The notes beneath the pieces were generated by a model, which saw only the letters and a program-made list of their open reading frames with translations, searched no databases and was not told the origin of the DNA. Positions 28,537 through 57,592 of a DNA stretch of 64,000 nucleotides are shown one piece after another; position 1 is the first letter of the stretch, and each line of letters opens with the position of its first letter. The position numbers and the translations under genes are program-made. Source of the stretch: Hormiphora californensis (lineage: Eukaryota; Animalia; Ctenophora); contig CM035361.1 in NCBI GenBank assembly GCA_020137815.1, positions 5,890,001 through 5,954,000 of the forward strand, read 5' to 3'.

Positions 28537-29588
28537 AAAGGGGACGCAAAACCCCAAAAAAATTTTTTTTGAGTGCAGGAAAATCTCCACCCCTAGGGTT
28601 GAGGCCATGCCAAGGAGACCTCAAATAGGGAAATTTTGGGTCCCCAAGTCGAATTTTATATTTTTCTACACTGTTTAAAAAAAGTCCTGAAATTCCCTTT
28701 TTGGCATCCCAAAAAAATTTTTTTTAAAAATAAAGGGGCATGAAAAAAAAGGGATTTGGGAAAAGGGCAGAAGGTGAATTTAAACCCCCAAAAAAAAATT
28801 TTTTCAATCCGAGTGATTTCCCGGGCCTGGGTGGATTTCTTTTTTTTCCCCTTTAAAAGCCCTATTTGGGAAAGTTCCGAAAAAGGGGAAAGCTTTTAAA
28901 TTGGTGGGAAAAATTTCGTCCCCAAAGATTATCTAAGTTTGGGAAAAAATTTTGGGGGGTGTCCTTATTTGAGATAAGCTGTTTCAGGGGTTTTATTTGT
29001 GAAAACCGTCATTTCAGAAATAAAAAAAATTCCTGGATCTCAAAAAAAACCGGGGTTGATTTGAAGGGGGGGGGCTGGGGAACTCAAAAATACATGGCAA
29101 AATTAATAGAAAATAAGAAAATTCGGACCTGAATAATATCATTTTTTGACTAAAAAAAAACTCTGTACAGCTTATCTCAAATAAGGACACGCCCAAAATT
29201 TATGGCCACTTAGATAATCGTTAGACGCAACTTTTCACCAATTTACAGCTTTCACATGTTTTCGGAACTTTGCCAAATAGGGCGTTAAAGTAGAAAAAAA
29301 GAAATCCACCTCAGGACCGGAAATCAGCTCGGATTGCAAAAAAAATTTTTGTGGTTATTCACCTTCATGTCCTTTTCAAATCCCCAAATTTTCATGCTCT
29401 TATCTTTAAAAAAATTTTTTTGGGATGCCAAAAACGAACTTTCAGGACATTTTTTAAACAGCTGTAGCAAAAATATGAATTCGACTTGAGAGCTCAAATT
29501 GCATATTTGAGGTCTCCTTGGCATGGCCTACAACCCTACGGTGAGAGATTTCCCTGCACTCGAAAAAAATTTTTGGTTAGCGTACCCT
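28537..29588. mobile_element. Foldback element with long (~450-bp) inverted arms
   Basis: GGCCATGCCAAGGAGACCTCAAATA (~28603) mirrors TATTTGAGGTCTCCTTGGCATGGCC (~29504); GTGTCCTTATTTGAGATAAGCTGT mirrors ACAGCTTATCTCAAATAAGGACAC; the left arm is noisy. Confidence 0.75.
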
Positions 29589-29639
29589 TAATATACCTGA
29601 TTTCTTGACTTAGGGCGGATTCCACATGTGGTATTTCCG

Positions 29640-30200
29640 AACTCAATAGATAATATGGATCTGCACGATTGGCCATTAAAGAAGTCATTTCAGAGATTTT
29701 CCTGGGTCCCGTGTGACGCCACAGTACACCCACAAAGGTCTGTTTTGGTGGCCCTCGTCTGGAGATTCCGTGGAGAGGGTCCCAAAGCAACACAGTTCTT
29801 GATGACATGCAGCATGGCCGGCAAGTCGGAGTCTCCTTTCAGCGATCTTGGACCTTGGTGCTGAGAACAGGGAGTTTCCCGATAGTCGATACCATACAAT
29901 ATGGCGTTGTTCATCTGGTACTGATTCTTATTTACTTTTAGTGCCATCCTCAGCATTCTCGTGTAGGTACTCCTTTCCATACAGGAGTACTGTTTCAAAT
30001 GTTGCTACAAAAATTTAAAAGCCTTGCCTTGATATTGTTCCTGAGTCTTGATGTCCAGATGTTCCTGAGCCCATGACATGTATTCCAGGTCTTCCTATGT
30101 CCCTCTTTGAGTTCAGGAGTCCCTTATCCAAGAGCCGAAACTATTTAAAGTCGTCTGAGAGTTTGATACAGGTTTTGTGGAGATTATCAGATTCCGGAGT
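29640..30200 (-). mobile_element. Decayed RTE-type non-LTR retrotransposon ORF2 C-terminus
   Basis: Frameshifted minus-strand peptides DDFK*.GSWI, IWTSRLRNNIKARL, ATFETVLLYG, TYTRMLRMAL, KIAERRLRLAGH and VLLWDPLHGISRRGPPKQTFV match the post-RT region of RTE-clade LINEs. Confidence 0.85.
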
Positions 30201-31033
30201 TCCCTCGCCCAAATATTCCATCATATAGCTCGTAACTCTAGCCCTATATACTACATGTACTTGCAGACGTTCTCCTCGAAGGAGCTTGGGGTTCTTGTGC
30301 GGGAGGTGGTCCACAGGTGGATTCAAACTCCCACATAAGAACCCCTAGCTGCAGAGTAATCAAGTATAATAATGAACAGGTACCCCGCAACACCTACTAT
30401 AACTTGGATCTGTAATAGGGTCTGACTGTGGTATGAAACCTCCTAGGAGCTCGGAGCTTTTCTGAACCACCTGATTGTAGTGCTCTGGTGGAGTGGTAGA
30501 TATAGTCATCAGTTTTGTAATCTTTCCCAAGGCTGGTTTAATATACTGTTGATTATAGTACTTCGTTATTCTATCTTTGTTGTTGGTGGATGATAGATGA
30601 GTTGTACATTCCCTAGCTCAAAGTGTTAACCCGTGTTGAAGAGTTAAAGCAGCCTCCTCTTACTCTATAGTCTAATACATGTCTCTTACTTTTATCGTAT
30701 TGTTTGACAGCAGAGCATCAAGACAGTGACACCTCTCTCTCCTTCCCTTTAATCGGTCAGATCACGCAGAGCATGTAGCGTAGATTTAAAGTATATTCTC
30801 CATCACATACAATCTGCATCCCGAACTAATATTTCCACCACCTGATAAGTCAAGGTAGAGACGTTAAAATGTAGAATCTTGTCGGTTACGAGTATCGAAC
30901 GAAAAAAGTTTAGAAACTCAAATGCGTATAAGGGCTTTTTTACAATGTGTTCCCCTTCTTTATTTTACCTTTCTCAATTTCTCTGGAGCCGCTCCAAATA
31001 ATAGTGAATTTATCATAACAGGGAATAATTTTA

Positions 31034-31207
31034 CAGTCGGACCCCGATTTAGTGGCCCCCGATTTAGTGGCACCCCGATTTAGTGGCAGGATTTTTTTTT
31101 CCACCGATACAGGAAATTAACATTATTTGACCCCGATTTAGTGGCACCCCGATTTAGTGGCAGGATTTTTTTTACCCCGAGGATGCCACTAAATCGGGGT
31201 CCGACTG
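31034..31207. mobile_element. Tc1/mariner-like MITE (CAGTCGGACCCCG family)
   Basis: TA TSD and perfect TIRs; reverse-orientation sister of 8820-8990. Confidence 0.9.
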
Positions 31208-31254
31208 TATTTCTTCTAGCGTTCTTAGATTTACTGCATAGCTATAAATGTCCA

Positions 31255-31480
31255 CTGTCAGGCCAATGCTCTGACCAGAGTTCTCACGCGCTCCATGTGC
31301 AGAAAAATGAGAATAGGGTCAGGCCAATGCCATGATCTGACCAGAGTTCTCACGCGCTCCGTGTGCAGAAAAATGAGAATATGGTCAGGCCAGCTCAGTA
31401 TTCCCGGCCCCCGGGATCAACCATACTATTATTAGGGTCAGGCCAATGCTCCAAATATACCCACTCAGCTCAGTATTATC
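31255..31480. repeat. Short tandem duplications
   Basis: TCTGACCAGAGTTCTCACGCGCTCCRTGTGCAGAAAAATGAGAATA occurs twice and GTCAGGCCA four times. Confidence 0.8.
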
Positions 31481-31683
31481 GGTATCAATAGTGAGGAACA
31501 AGGATCATTGGCACTGATCCTTTGTCCTCATCCATTTCTTTGTTTTCTTCCCTATAGATCTATCTTCTCCACTATTCGTTTGTTTTTTAGTTTTGTCCAG
31601 ATCATGAAGGCTCGCGTAGGAGAAAACTATTTATTGCGCTCCCTACATTGTAGGGGAACACAATACATCGTTTTCTTCTCCTT

Positions 31684-32810
<1,127 letters not shown>

Positions 32811-32919
32811 TATTAACCCATATTTAAGAGTTAAAGCTTCTTACTCCTACTCTATAGTATTTACATGTCTCTCACTTTTATCGTATTGTTTGATGGCAGA
32901 GCATCAAGACAGAGAGACA

Positions 32920-33063
<144 letters not shown>

Positions 33064-33452
33064 ACTCTCTCTCTCTCCCTCCCTTTAATCGATCAGATCA
33101 CGCAAAGCATAGCGCGCTATTTAAAGCTTGTAGATTTAAAGTTCATTCTGTACATCTTAATCCAAGCAATATACTATAGATTGTGCCAAAATCGTAGCTC
33201 CACCACCTCATATTGCCAGTTGATAGTTCGAGCGTAGAATCTTGTTGAGTAATGTCTGACAAAGTCGAAAAAACGCCAAATTAATCGGATATCCGACCAC
33301 AAAATTTAATTTGGCATCGTGATATGTGTCTCCGGGTATTTTCACTCAATACCCACAGATTGTCCATTGGCCCTTTTTGGATATAGTTAGTGCACTATTT
33401 CGAGACCTGTTATATGTCGCTATACATGTCTCGAAATAGTAGTTTAGTTATA

Positions 33453-34215
33453 CAGTCGGACCCCGATTTAGGGACACCCTCGGGGGAAAGGGTGAGTCAT
33501 ATTTGGCCCATAAAAACCTATTTTATGCCCAAAATGCTATATTATTAAGACTAAAGACGCCTCTAACTGTTATATGCAATATTCATGTATTGATGACATC
33601 ATCATTTCTGATTAGAAATAGAAAAATATAAAATAGTTTTTTTTTTCAAAAAAATGTGAAAAATTTTCTAAGTTATACCAGCCCGTCCGATTTGTGTTTC
33701 GAATCGGTGCAGCTTACTGGATGTCCTGTCTAATTAGTGGATTCGAAACGAACCGATACGTGATACCATGCCGAATCGGGGCACCCTAAGCGGGTGAGGA
33801 AGTATCAAAATTTCAAAATAACTTTTTCTCTCAAAATTTATGGGGAGCACCGATCAAAGCATTGACAATCGTACTGTAAAATTTTGCAAAAATTTTTTTA
33901 AAGGTATACCAGCCACGTCCGAAACGTGTTTCGAATCGGTGCATCTCATCGCATGTCCTGCTGCTAATTAGACGGTTCGGAACGAATCGAAACGTGATCC
34001 CCATCGAATCGAAATTTTGACGCTTGGTGAACGTGTGATTCAATGGCCCCATGGGGATCACGTATCGGTTCGTTCCGAACCGTCTAATTAGGAGCAGGAC
34101 ATGCGATAAGATTCACTGATTCGAAACACGATTCGGACGTGGCTGGTATCTTTTTGAAAAATTTTCAAAAAAATTTCACAAAAAATCGGGGGGCCCCTAA
34201 ATCGGGGTCCGACTG
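33453..34215 (+). mobile_element. Long Tc1/mariner-like non-autonomous element with internal cargo
   Basis: TA|CAGTCGGACCCCGATTTAGGG...CCCTAAATCGGGGTCCGACTG|TA; internal direct and inverted repeats of CTAATTAGACGGTTCGGAACGAA. Confidence 0.88.
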
Positions 34216-34472
34216 TATATGTAGAACTTATAATAATTAAATCTCTTTTTATTGTGTAAAACTTAACGTACCCTCTTTTATTAAGTGATATGTGTGTTAA
34301 CATGATACGTCTCCTTCTATTCACAGCTGCATTTTGTGGAACAGTTGTTATTACTGCAGGTTCGTCACATAACATCACGCATTAAATTTATATTTAATAG
34401 TTTACAAAAGTATGTGATGAATGTGTTTGCATTAGTTTAATTTTAGTGGTTAGTATCTTTATTGTATTTCAG

Positions 34473-34900
34473 ACTGGACGGCTGTAGAGCGGGATGTAAA
34501 GATACCCTGGGACCTAGAGGCAACACCACTCGAGATAAAGACGGACTCTATAACACTGGGCAGTGATGAGGTGATCATCTGTGCGCATGTACGACAAGGA
34601 CAGCAAGCGCTATCAGTGGTGTGGCTGTGAAGTTCTCCTCCCCAATGCAGTATTAGATAGGCTCCTGCTTACAAAACTACATAGACCTACCAGTACAACC
34701 CCCAGTGGAGGTGGATAATATCTGGACGATCACCAAAACAGAGACCGCCCTCATCATCACATGCAATAATGTTGAGGTGGTGAACTACCTGTTTGCAGAT
34801 AGTTCAGATAACCGCTGTGTTACCAAGTGGGGTGGTGATGTTGTGGAGGAGATCGAGTTTACCAGTTCCTGGGACACAGCATCTGAATTCTACAGAGCAG
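34473..34900 (+). pseudogene. Disrupted WTAVER-domain exon (paralog of 36175-36591)
   Basis: TTCAG|ACTGG...GCAG|GTAAG; WTAVERDVKIPWDLEATPLEIKTDS...DTASEFYRA, but with two 1-nt insertions and TAG in place of the TGG seen in the paralog. Sequencing error is not excluded. Confidence 0.7.
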
Positions 34901-34972
34901 GTAAGGACATATACTTCATTTAATGTATACCAATTGTAGTGTTGTGGGTCTAGTTCTCACAGGTGGGTCATA

Positions 34973-35352
34973 GGGTCACCACACACCAAAGTTAAAATTA
35001 AAATTAAAATTTGACGTTTTTGGTCATAACTCTGCCATTTCTTGGCAAAATTGCTTCATTTTGGGCTTGTTGGAAAGAGGGCATCGAGCCCGTTCTTAAC
35101 AGCCTAAGAAACTTGAAATCGGCGCAAAGTGCGCGGCGTTAAGGCGCATAATGCGCGTGTTAAAATTTTAACACACACATTTTGCTCTGTAACGCCGCGC
35201 ACTTTGCGCCGATTTCAAGTTTCTTGGGCTGTTCAGAACGGGCTCGATGCCCTCTTTCCAACAAGCCCAAAATGAAGCAATTTTGCCGAGAAATGGCAGA
35301 GTTATGACCAAAAACGTCAAATTTTAATTTTAACTTTGGTGTGTGGTGACCC
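34973..35352. mobile_element. 380-bp near-perfect palindromic (foldback) MITE
   Basis: GGGTCACCACACACCAAAGTT...AACTTTGGTGTGTGGTGACCC, symmetric about GTGTTAAAATTTTAACAC (~35165). Confidence 0.92.
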
Positions 35353-35662
35353 ATATACTATCACTAGCCCACCCAATGGGTGCGCCTCAAGTACAGGCTC
35401 TCTGGGGCGCTCTTTATTCACATACTTAACGCCAAAATTATGGTTGTCATAGCAACTGAGATGGTAAATATATATATGTGGACTGAACCCGGACTGATTT
35501 GTTAAAATTCACCCGAAAGTGTGAGCAACAGGCCGGGCAGGGAAAAAATGTTTTTTTTGGTAAGAGCACTCCCGTTACTAATCCTTGATTCTGAGAACTC
35601 TTGGCTAAATTTAATACACAGCTCCCACGCTAACACGTCAAATGTAACTCATTTTTGCTTAA

Positions 35663-35981
35663 CCCTTTGGGGACGATAAGCCCCCTGTCGACAGAATTCT
35701 CTAAAACTTCCTGGAGACACTTACTTTGAATCTACTTGAACGCAGGAAAAGGAATTTTGGTTCTACCACCTGTATTTCTATTGCCTACCAAATGCACTGT
35801 TTTAGCCCTGTTTTCCGAAGTCGACAACTTCAGAGGCTCAAAACGACCTCAAAATGGTAGAAAAATGTATACATATATGTTTCAACACTGGAAACAACTT
35901 AAAACTTTCAAACATGATCTACAAAGACGCTAAATGGGTTCAAAGTACTGGGTCACCTGTGACCCAATCGTCTCCAAAGGG
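35663..35981. mobile_element. piggyBac-like MITE
   Basis: TTAA|CCCTTTGGGGACGAT...ATCGTCTCCAAAGGG|TTAA. Confidence 0.9.
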
Positions 35982-36174
35982 TTAAAAAGTGTGACACTTC
36001 ACTAGTATGTTAAACTTGTCGAATTCTAAACCCCTATGCCTTTTTGCAAAAGGCATCCGGGTGAATGCCTTCGGCATTCACCCGGGCGGGGAAAAAATTG
36101 TACGATAAATTTATTTGCCATGACATCGTTCAGTTTATTAGTGGTTACTGGTTAGTATATTTATTGTGTTTCAG

Positions 36175-36884
36175 ACTGGACAGCTGTAGAGCGGAATGTG
36201 AAGATACCCCGGGACCTGGAGGAAACATCTCTCCAGATAAAGACGGACTCTGCACTGGGAAGTAGTGAGCAGATCAGGGTGTACATGTACAACAAGGACA
36301 GCAGCTATATCGGTGCTGTGGGTGTGAAGTTCTCCTCCCCAATGCAGTATTGGATAGACTACTGTACCAGCTGGACAAAGCTGCCAGTGCAACCCCCGGT
36401 GGAGGTAGAGAAGGTCTGGACGATCACCAAAACAGAGTCTGCCCTCATCATCACATGCAATAATGTGGAGGTGCTGAACTATCTGTTCGCAGATAGTTCA
36501 AACAGCAACTGTGTTCCAAAGTGGGGTGGTGATGTTGTGGAGGAGATCGAGTTTCGCAGTAGTGACACAGCATCTGACTTCTACAGAGCGGGTAAGGGTA
36601 GTATTATATCACGGAAGCTAGTTCAACTTTAATGTAATATAACGCGTATTTTCAAGAACATATTCCCTGCAAATTGCATCGAACTCACACTAATTACTAT
36701 TTCCATTCAGCACCAGAGTGTCCTGCTTTCAGTGTTGACGGATCAACACAAGGAAGCTGGACTGCCTCACCACCAGGGACAACTGGCACCATCGAATGTG
36801 CTGCCAACCATATCCTATTGGGGAGTAAAACACTGACATGTCAGGAGGATGGATCGTGGTCAAGTGATGTACCACAGTGTATTG
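36175..36884 (+). CDS. Partial gene: ~139-aa WTAVER domain exon plus Sushi/CCP exon
   Basis: Exon 36175-36591 (phase 1-1, open: WTAVERNVKIPRDLEETSLQIKTDS...DTASDFYRA) and exon 36711-36884 (phase 1-1: CPAF...IECAANHILLGSKTLTCQEDGSWSSDVPQC, the four-Cys plus Trp Sushi pattern). Start and end exons were not found. Confidence 0.85.
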
Positions 36885-37778
36885 GTTAGTATAATATAGT
36901 GGTAGTATCACGTGTCTCGTTGCGTAATGCGCATCACGTGTCTGCTTTTGGGAGGAGACATACTGAAGATGGTCGTATACATTGAGGTGTCACAACATGT
37001 CTTATGACAATATCATCCCTGCACATCCACCGTGTAGCAGACCCTCTTGAAAACTTTCAAAACAACTGTTTTTTCTAAATATGTACCATTAATTATATGG
37101 TACATGTTTAGAACAAACAGCTGTTAACCAATCCCAAAAATGAAACCAAAATTAGGATTTAGGGGTTTCAACAAAGGGAAACGATTCAAATGGTTATGTT
37201 TCACCACCGCAGAGGGCAGATCGTCAGTGACAGAAATTATTTGAGGGGTTTCTTATTTTGTCGAGATGTGACATGCATTCTTTAAAAAGTTAGATCAAGT
37301 AAATTTTAACTGAACGTCTTGGCAAGAGGAGAGAATGCACAAACATATAATTTCAATATCTAATGTTAACTCAGATATAAGTTACAAACATATAATTTCA
37401 AGATCTACCAATCTTAATAACTTAGATATAAGTTACAAATTAATATATGCTGACCTGGTTTCAATTAATAAATACATAATGGCAGCAGGACCATAAATGG
37501 AGCAAGAATTGTTCTAACCCTCCGGGGTGCGGACAGGGTCGAGCAAGGCAAAGCGAGATCAGGAGCTGTCAGCAGGGGTTTAAAGTATAAGGTCAAGATG
37601 AATTCTAGGATATGAAAAAAAAATATAGGCTTTGTCCATGAACAAAGCGTATATTTTTCTCATCTGTACAGCCTTTTCTTTTTGTATGTCGACTTTTATT
37701 TATATCATCTATTGTATTCGACCCCCATTGTGATGTAAACTCGGAGCTCACACAAGCGACAAAAGACGTTTAGAAGTA

Positions 37779-37950
37779 CAGTCGGACCCCGATTTACCGG
37801 GCCCCGATTTAACGGAACCCCAATTTACCGGGAGGATAAACTTCCCCCGATATAAGAAATTGACGATATTTTGCCCCGATATACCGGGCACCCCGATTTA
37901 CCGGGCAAAACCCTTTCCCCCGAGCATGCCGGTAAATCGGGGTCCGACTG
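37779..37950. mobile_element. Tc1/mariner-like MITE (TTTACCGGG subfamily)
   Basis: TA TSD and perfect TIRs; a mini copy lies at 38557-38625 in cathepsin intron 1. Confidence 0.9.
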
Positions 37951-38456
37951 TATCTAGAAATTACAGAATATATTTTAGAAAATAAATATAGATATTTTAG
38001 AAATGTCTTATACAAGACCTATGTAGATGAACAACTTGTGCAGGCTATATGTAGATTTAGATGCTAGAACATATCGCATCATGATGAAAATATGAACGAC
38101 ATCTAATGAGAGATTCTCCTTGCTAATGTTTCATTTGACACGTTACTGTCTGGGCAGATATGTACCATATGAGTGCAGCAGCCAGCCGTCTCAAATCTTA
38201 GTCATCTATCAGGAAAATCATTTTTGCCAATGAATTTGGTGGAGGTCCAGAGTATGTTGAAAACCAAATCATCGTCCTTAAAATTATCTTCTAAAGTTGA
38301 TTCAATCCACAATCTAAGTAAGTACATGTACAAAGAGACCTGTGAATCTAATTGGCACCATTCGAAGCAACAGCTGGTACGTTTTCGCTTCACTAAAATA
38401 CAGTGAGAAGATAAAGTTTTACTCCAATGATTCTTGGAGTTTATAAAACTGAGACA

Positions 38457-56192
<17,736 letters not shown>

Positions 56193-56399
56193 CGTGTGTT
56201 ATGTTCTAAACCTCTTTATATTAATGTAAAAGAGGGTTAGAAAGGGTCAGTGCTGCAAAGAGGAATTGATCGTGAAAGTCTGGTTTTGAAGATCCTAGTG
56301 TATTGTAATTGAGTCTTATTGAATTTCCTTGTTTTACTTTGCCCATGGATTTCAAATGAAATGATCTGGTTGGAGGCCCTCACACCACTATTTCAGGGC

Positions 56400-57245
56400 A
56401 GGGTGGAGGGTGGAGGGTGGAGGGTGGAGGGTGGAGGGTGGAGGGTGGAGGGTGGAGGGTGGAGGGTGGAGGGTGGAGGGTGGAGGGTGGAGGGTGGAGG
56501 GTGGAGGGTGGAGGGTGGAGGGTGGAGGGTGGAGGGTGGAGGGTGGAGGGTGGAGGGTGGAGGGTGGAGGGTGGAGGGTGGAGGGTGGAGGGTGGAGGGT
56601 GGAGGGACGGTGGAGGGTGGAGGGTGGAGGGTGGAGGGTGGAGGGTGGAGGGTGGAGGGTGGAGGGTGGAGGGTGAAGGTTGGAGGGTGGAGGGTGGAGG
56701 GTGGAGGGTGGAGGGTGGAGGTGGAGGGTGGAGGGTGGAGGGTGGAGGGTGGAGGGTGGAGGGTGGAGGGTGGAGGGTGGAGGGTGGAGGGTGGAGGGTG
56801 GAGGGTGGAGGGTGAGGGGTGGAGGGTGAGGGTGGAGGGTGGAGGGTGGAGGGTGGAGGGTGGAGGGTGGAGGGTGGAGGGTGGAGGGTGGAGGTTGGGG
56901 GTGGAGGGTGGATGGTGGAGGGGTGGAGGGTGGAGGGTGGAGGGTGGAGGGTGGAGGGTGGAGGGTGGAGGGTGGAGGGTGGAGGGTGGAGGGTGGAGGG
57001 TGGAGGGTGGAGGGTGGAGGGTGGAGGGTGGAGGGTGGAGGGTGGAGGGTGGAGGGTGGAGGGTGGAGGGTGGAGGTGGAGGGTGGAGGGTGGAGGGTGG
57101 AGGGTGGAGGGTGGAGGGTGGAGGGTGGAGGGTGGAGGGTGGAGGGTGGAGGTGTGGAGGGTGGAAGGTGGAGGGTGGAGGGTGGAGGGTGGAGGGTGGA
57201 GGGTGGAGGGTGGAGGGTGGAGGGTGGAGGGTGGAGGGGGAGGGT
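56400..57245. repeat. (GGGTGGA)n heptamer satellite, G-quadruplex-prone
   Basis: About 120 copies; source of the VEGGGWR and PPSTLHP false ORFs. Confidence 0.97.
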
Positions 57246-57592
57246 GGGGGGTTTAAACCCCCCTGCCCTTCTTCAGAAAGCTTCTCCTCGACTGTTGAAA
57301 AGTGATATGCCAATCGGTGCTGGGGTACTTTTTGGGGGCGGTCAGTTTTGACTTTTTCACCTAAATGGCGGCCCCCATAAAAGGGCTTCTTATTTCAAAA
57401 CCTACTATTTTTAACATTTTAACTGGGGTTAGCGGGGGAATCACTTGTTTGACACCAGGTTCACAATATAACTGTGTCACACCTCTATGAGATTTACTTT
57501 GTCACCTATATAGTACCTCAAAGTTATTCTCACTAAGCTCTCAACCAATAATTGATTGTCCAATATACGTTCCCTTTTCTCTTGTGAACAAC

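Noticed and set aside
30300-30348. LGVLMWEF as kinase subdomain IX
   Set aside because: No other kinase motifs nearby, and the following sequence is not kinase-like.
37234-37260. AATTATTTGAG as a spliced-leader RNA gene
   Set aside because: The match is too short and is not followed by a GT donor.
56319-57351. VEGGGWR / PPSTLHP ORFs as a structural or extensin-like protein
   Set aside because: A stop-free heptamer satellite that is open in most frames, with no exon evidence.
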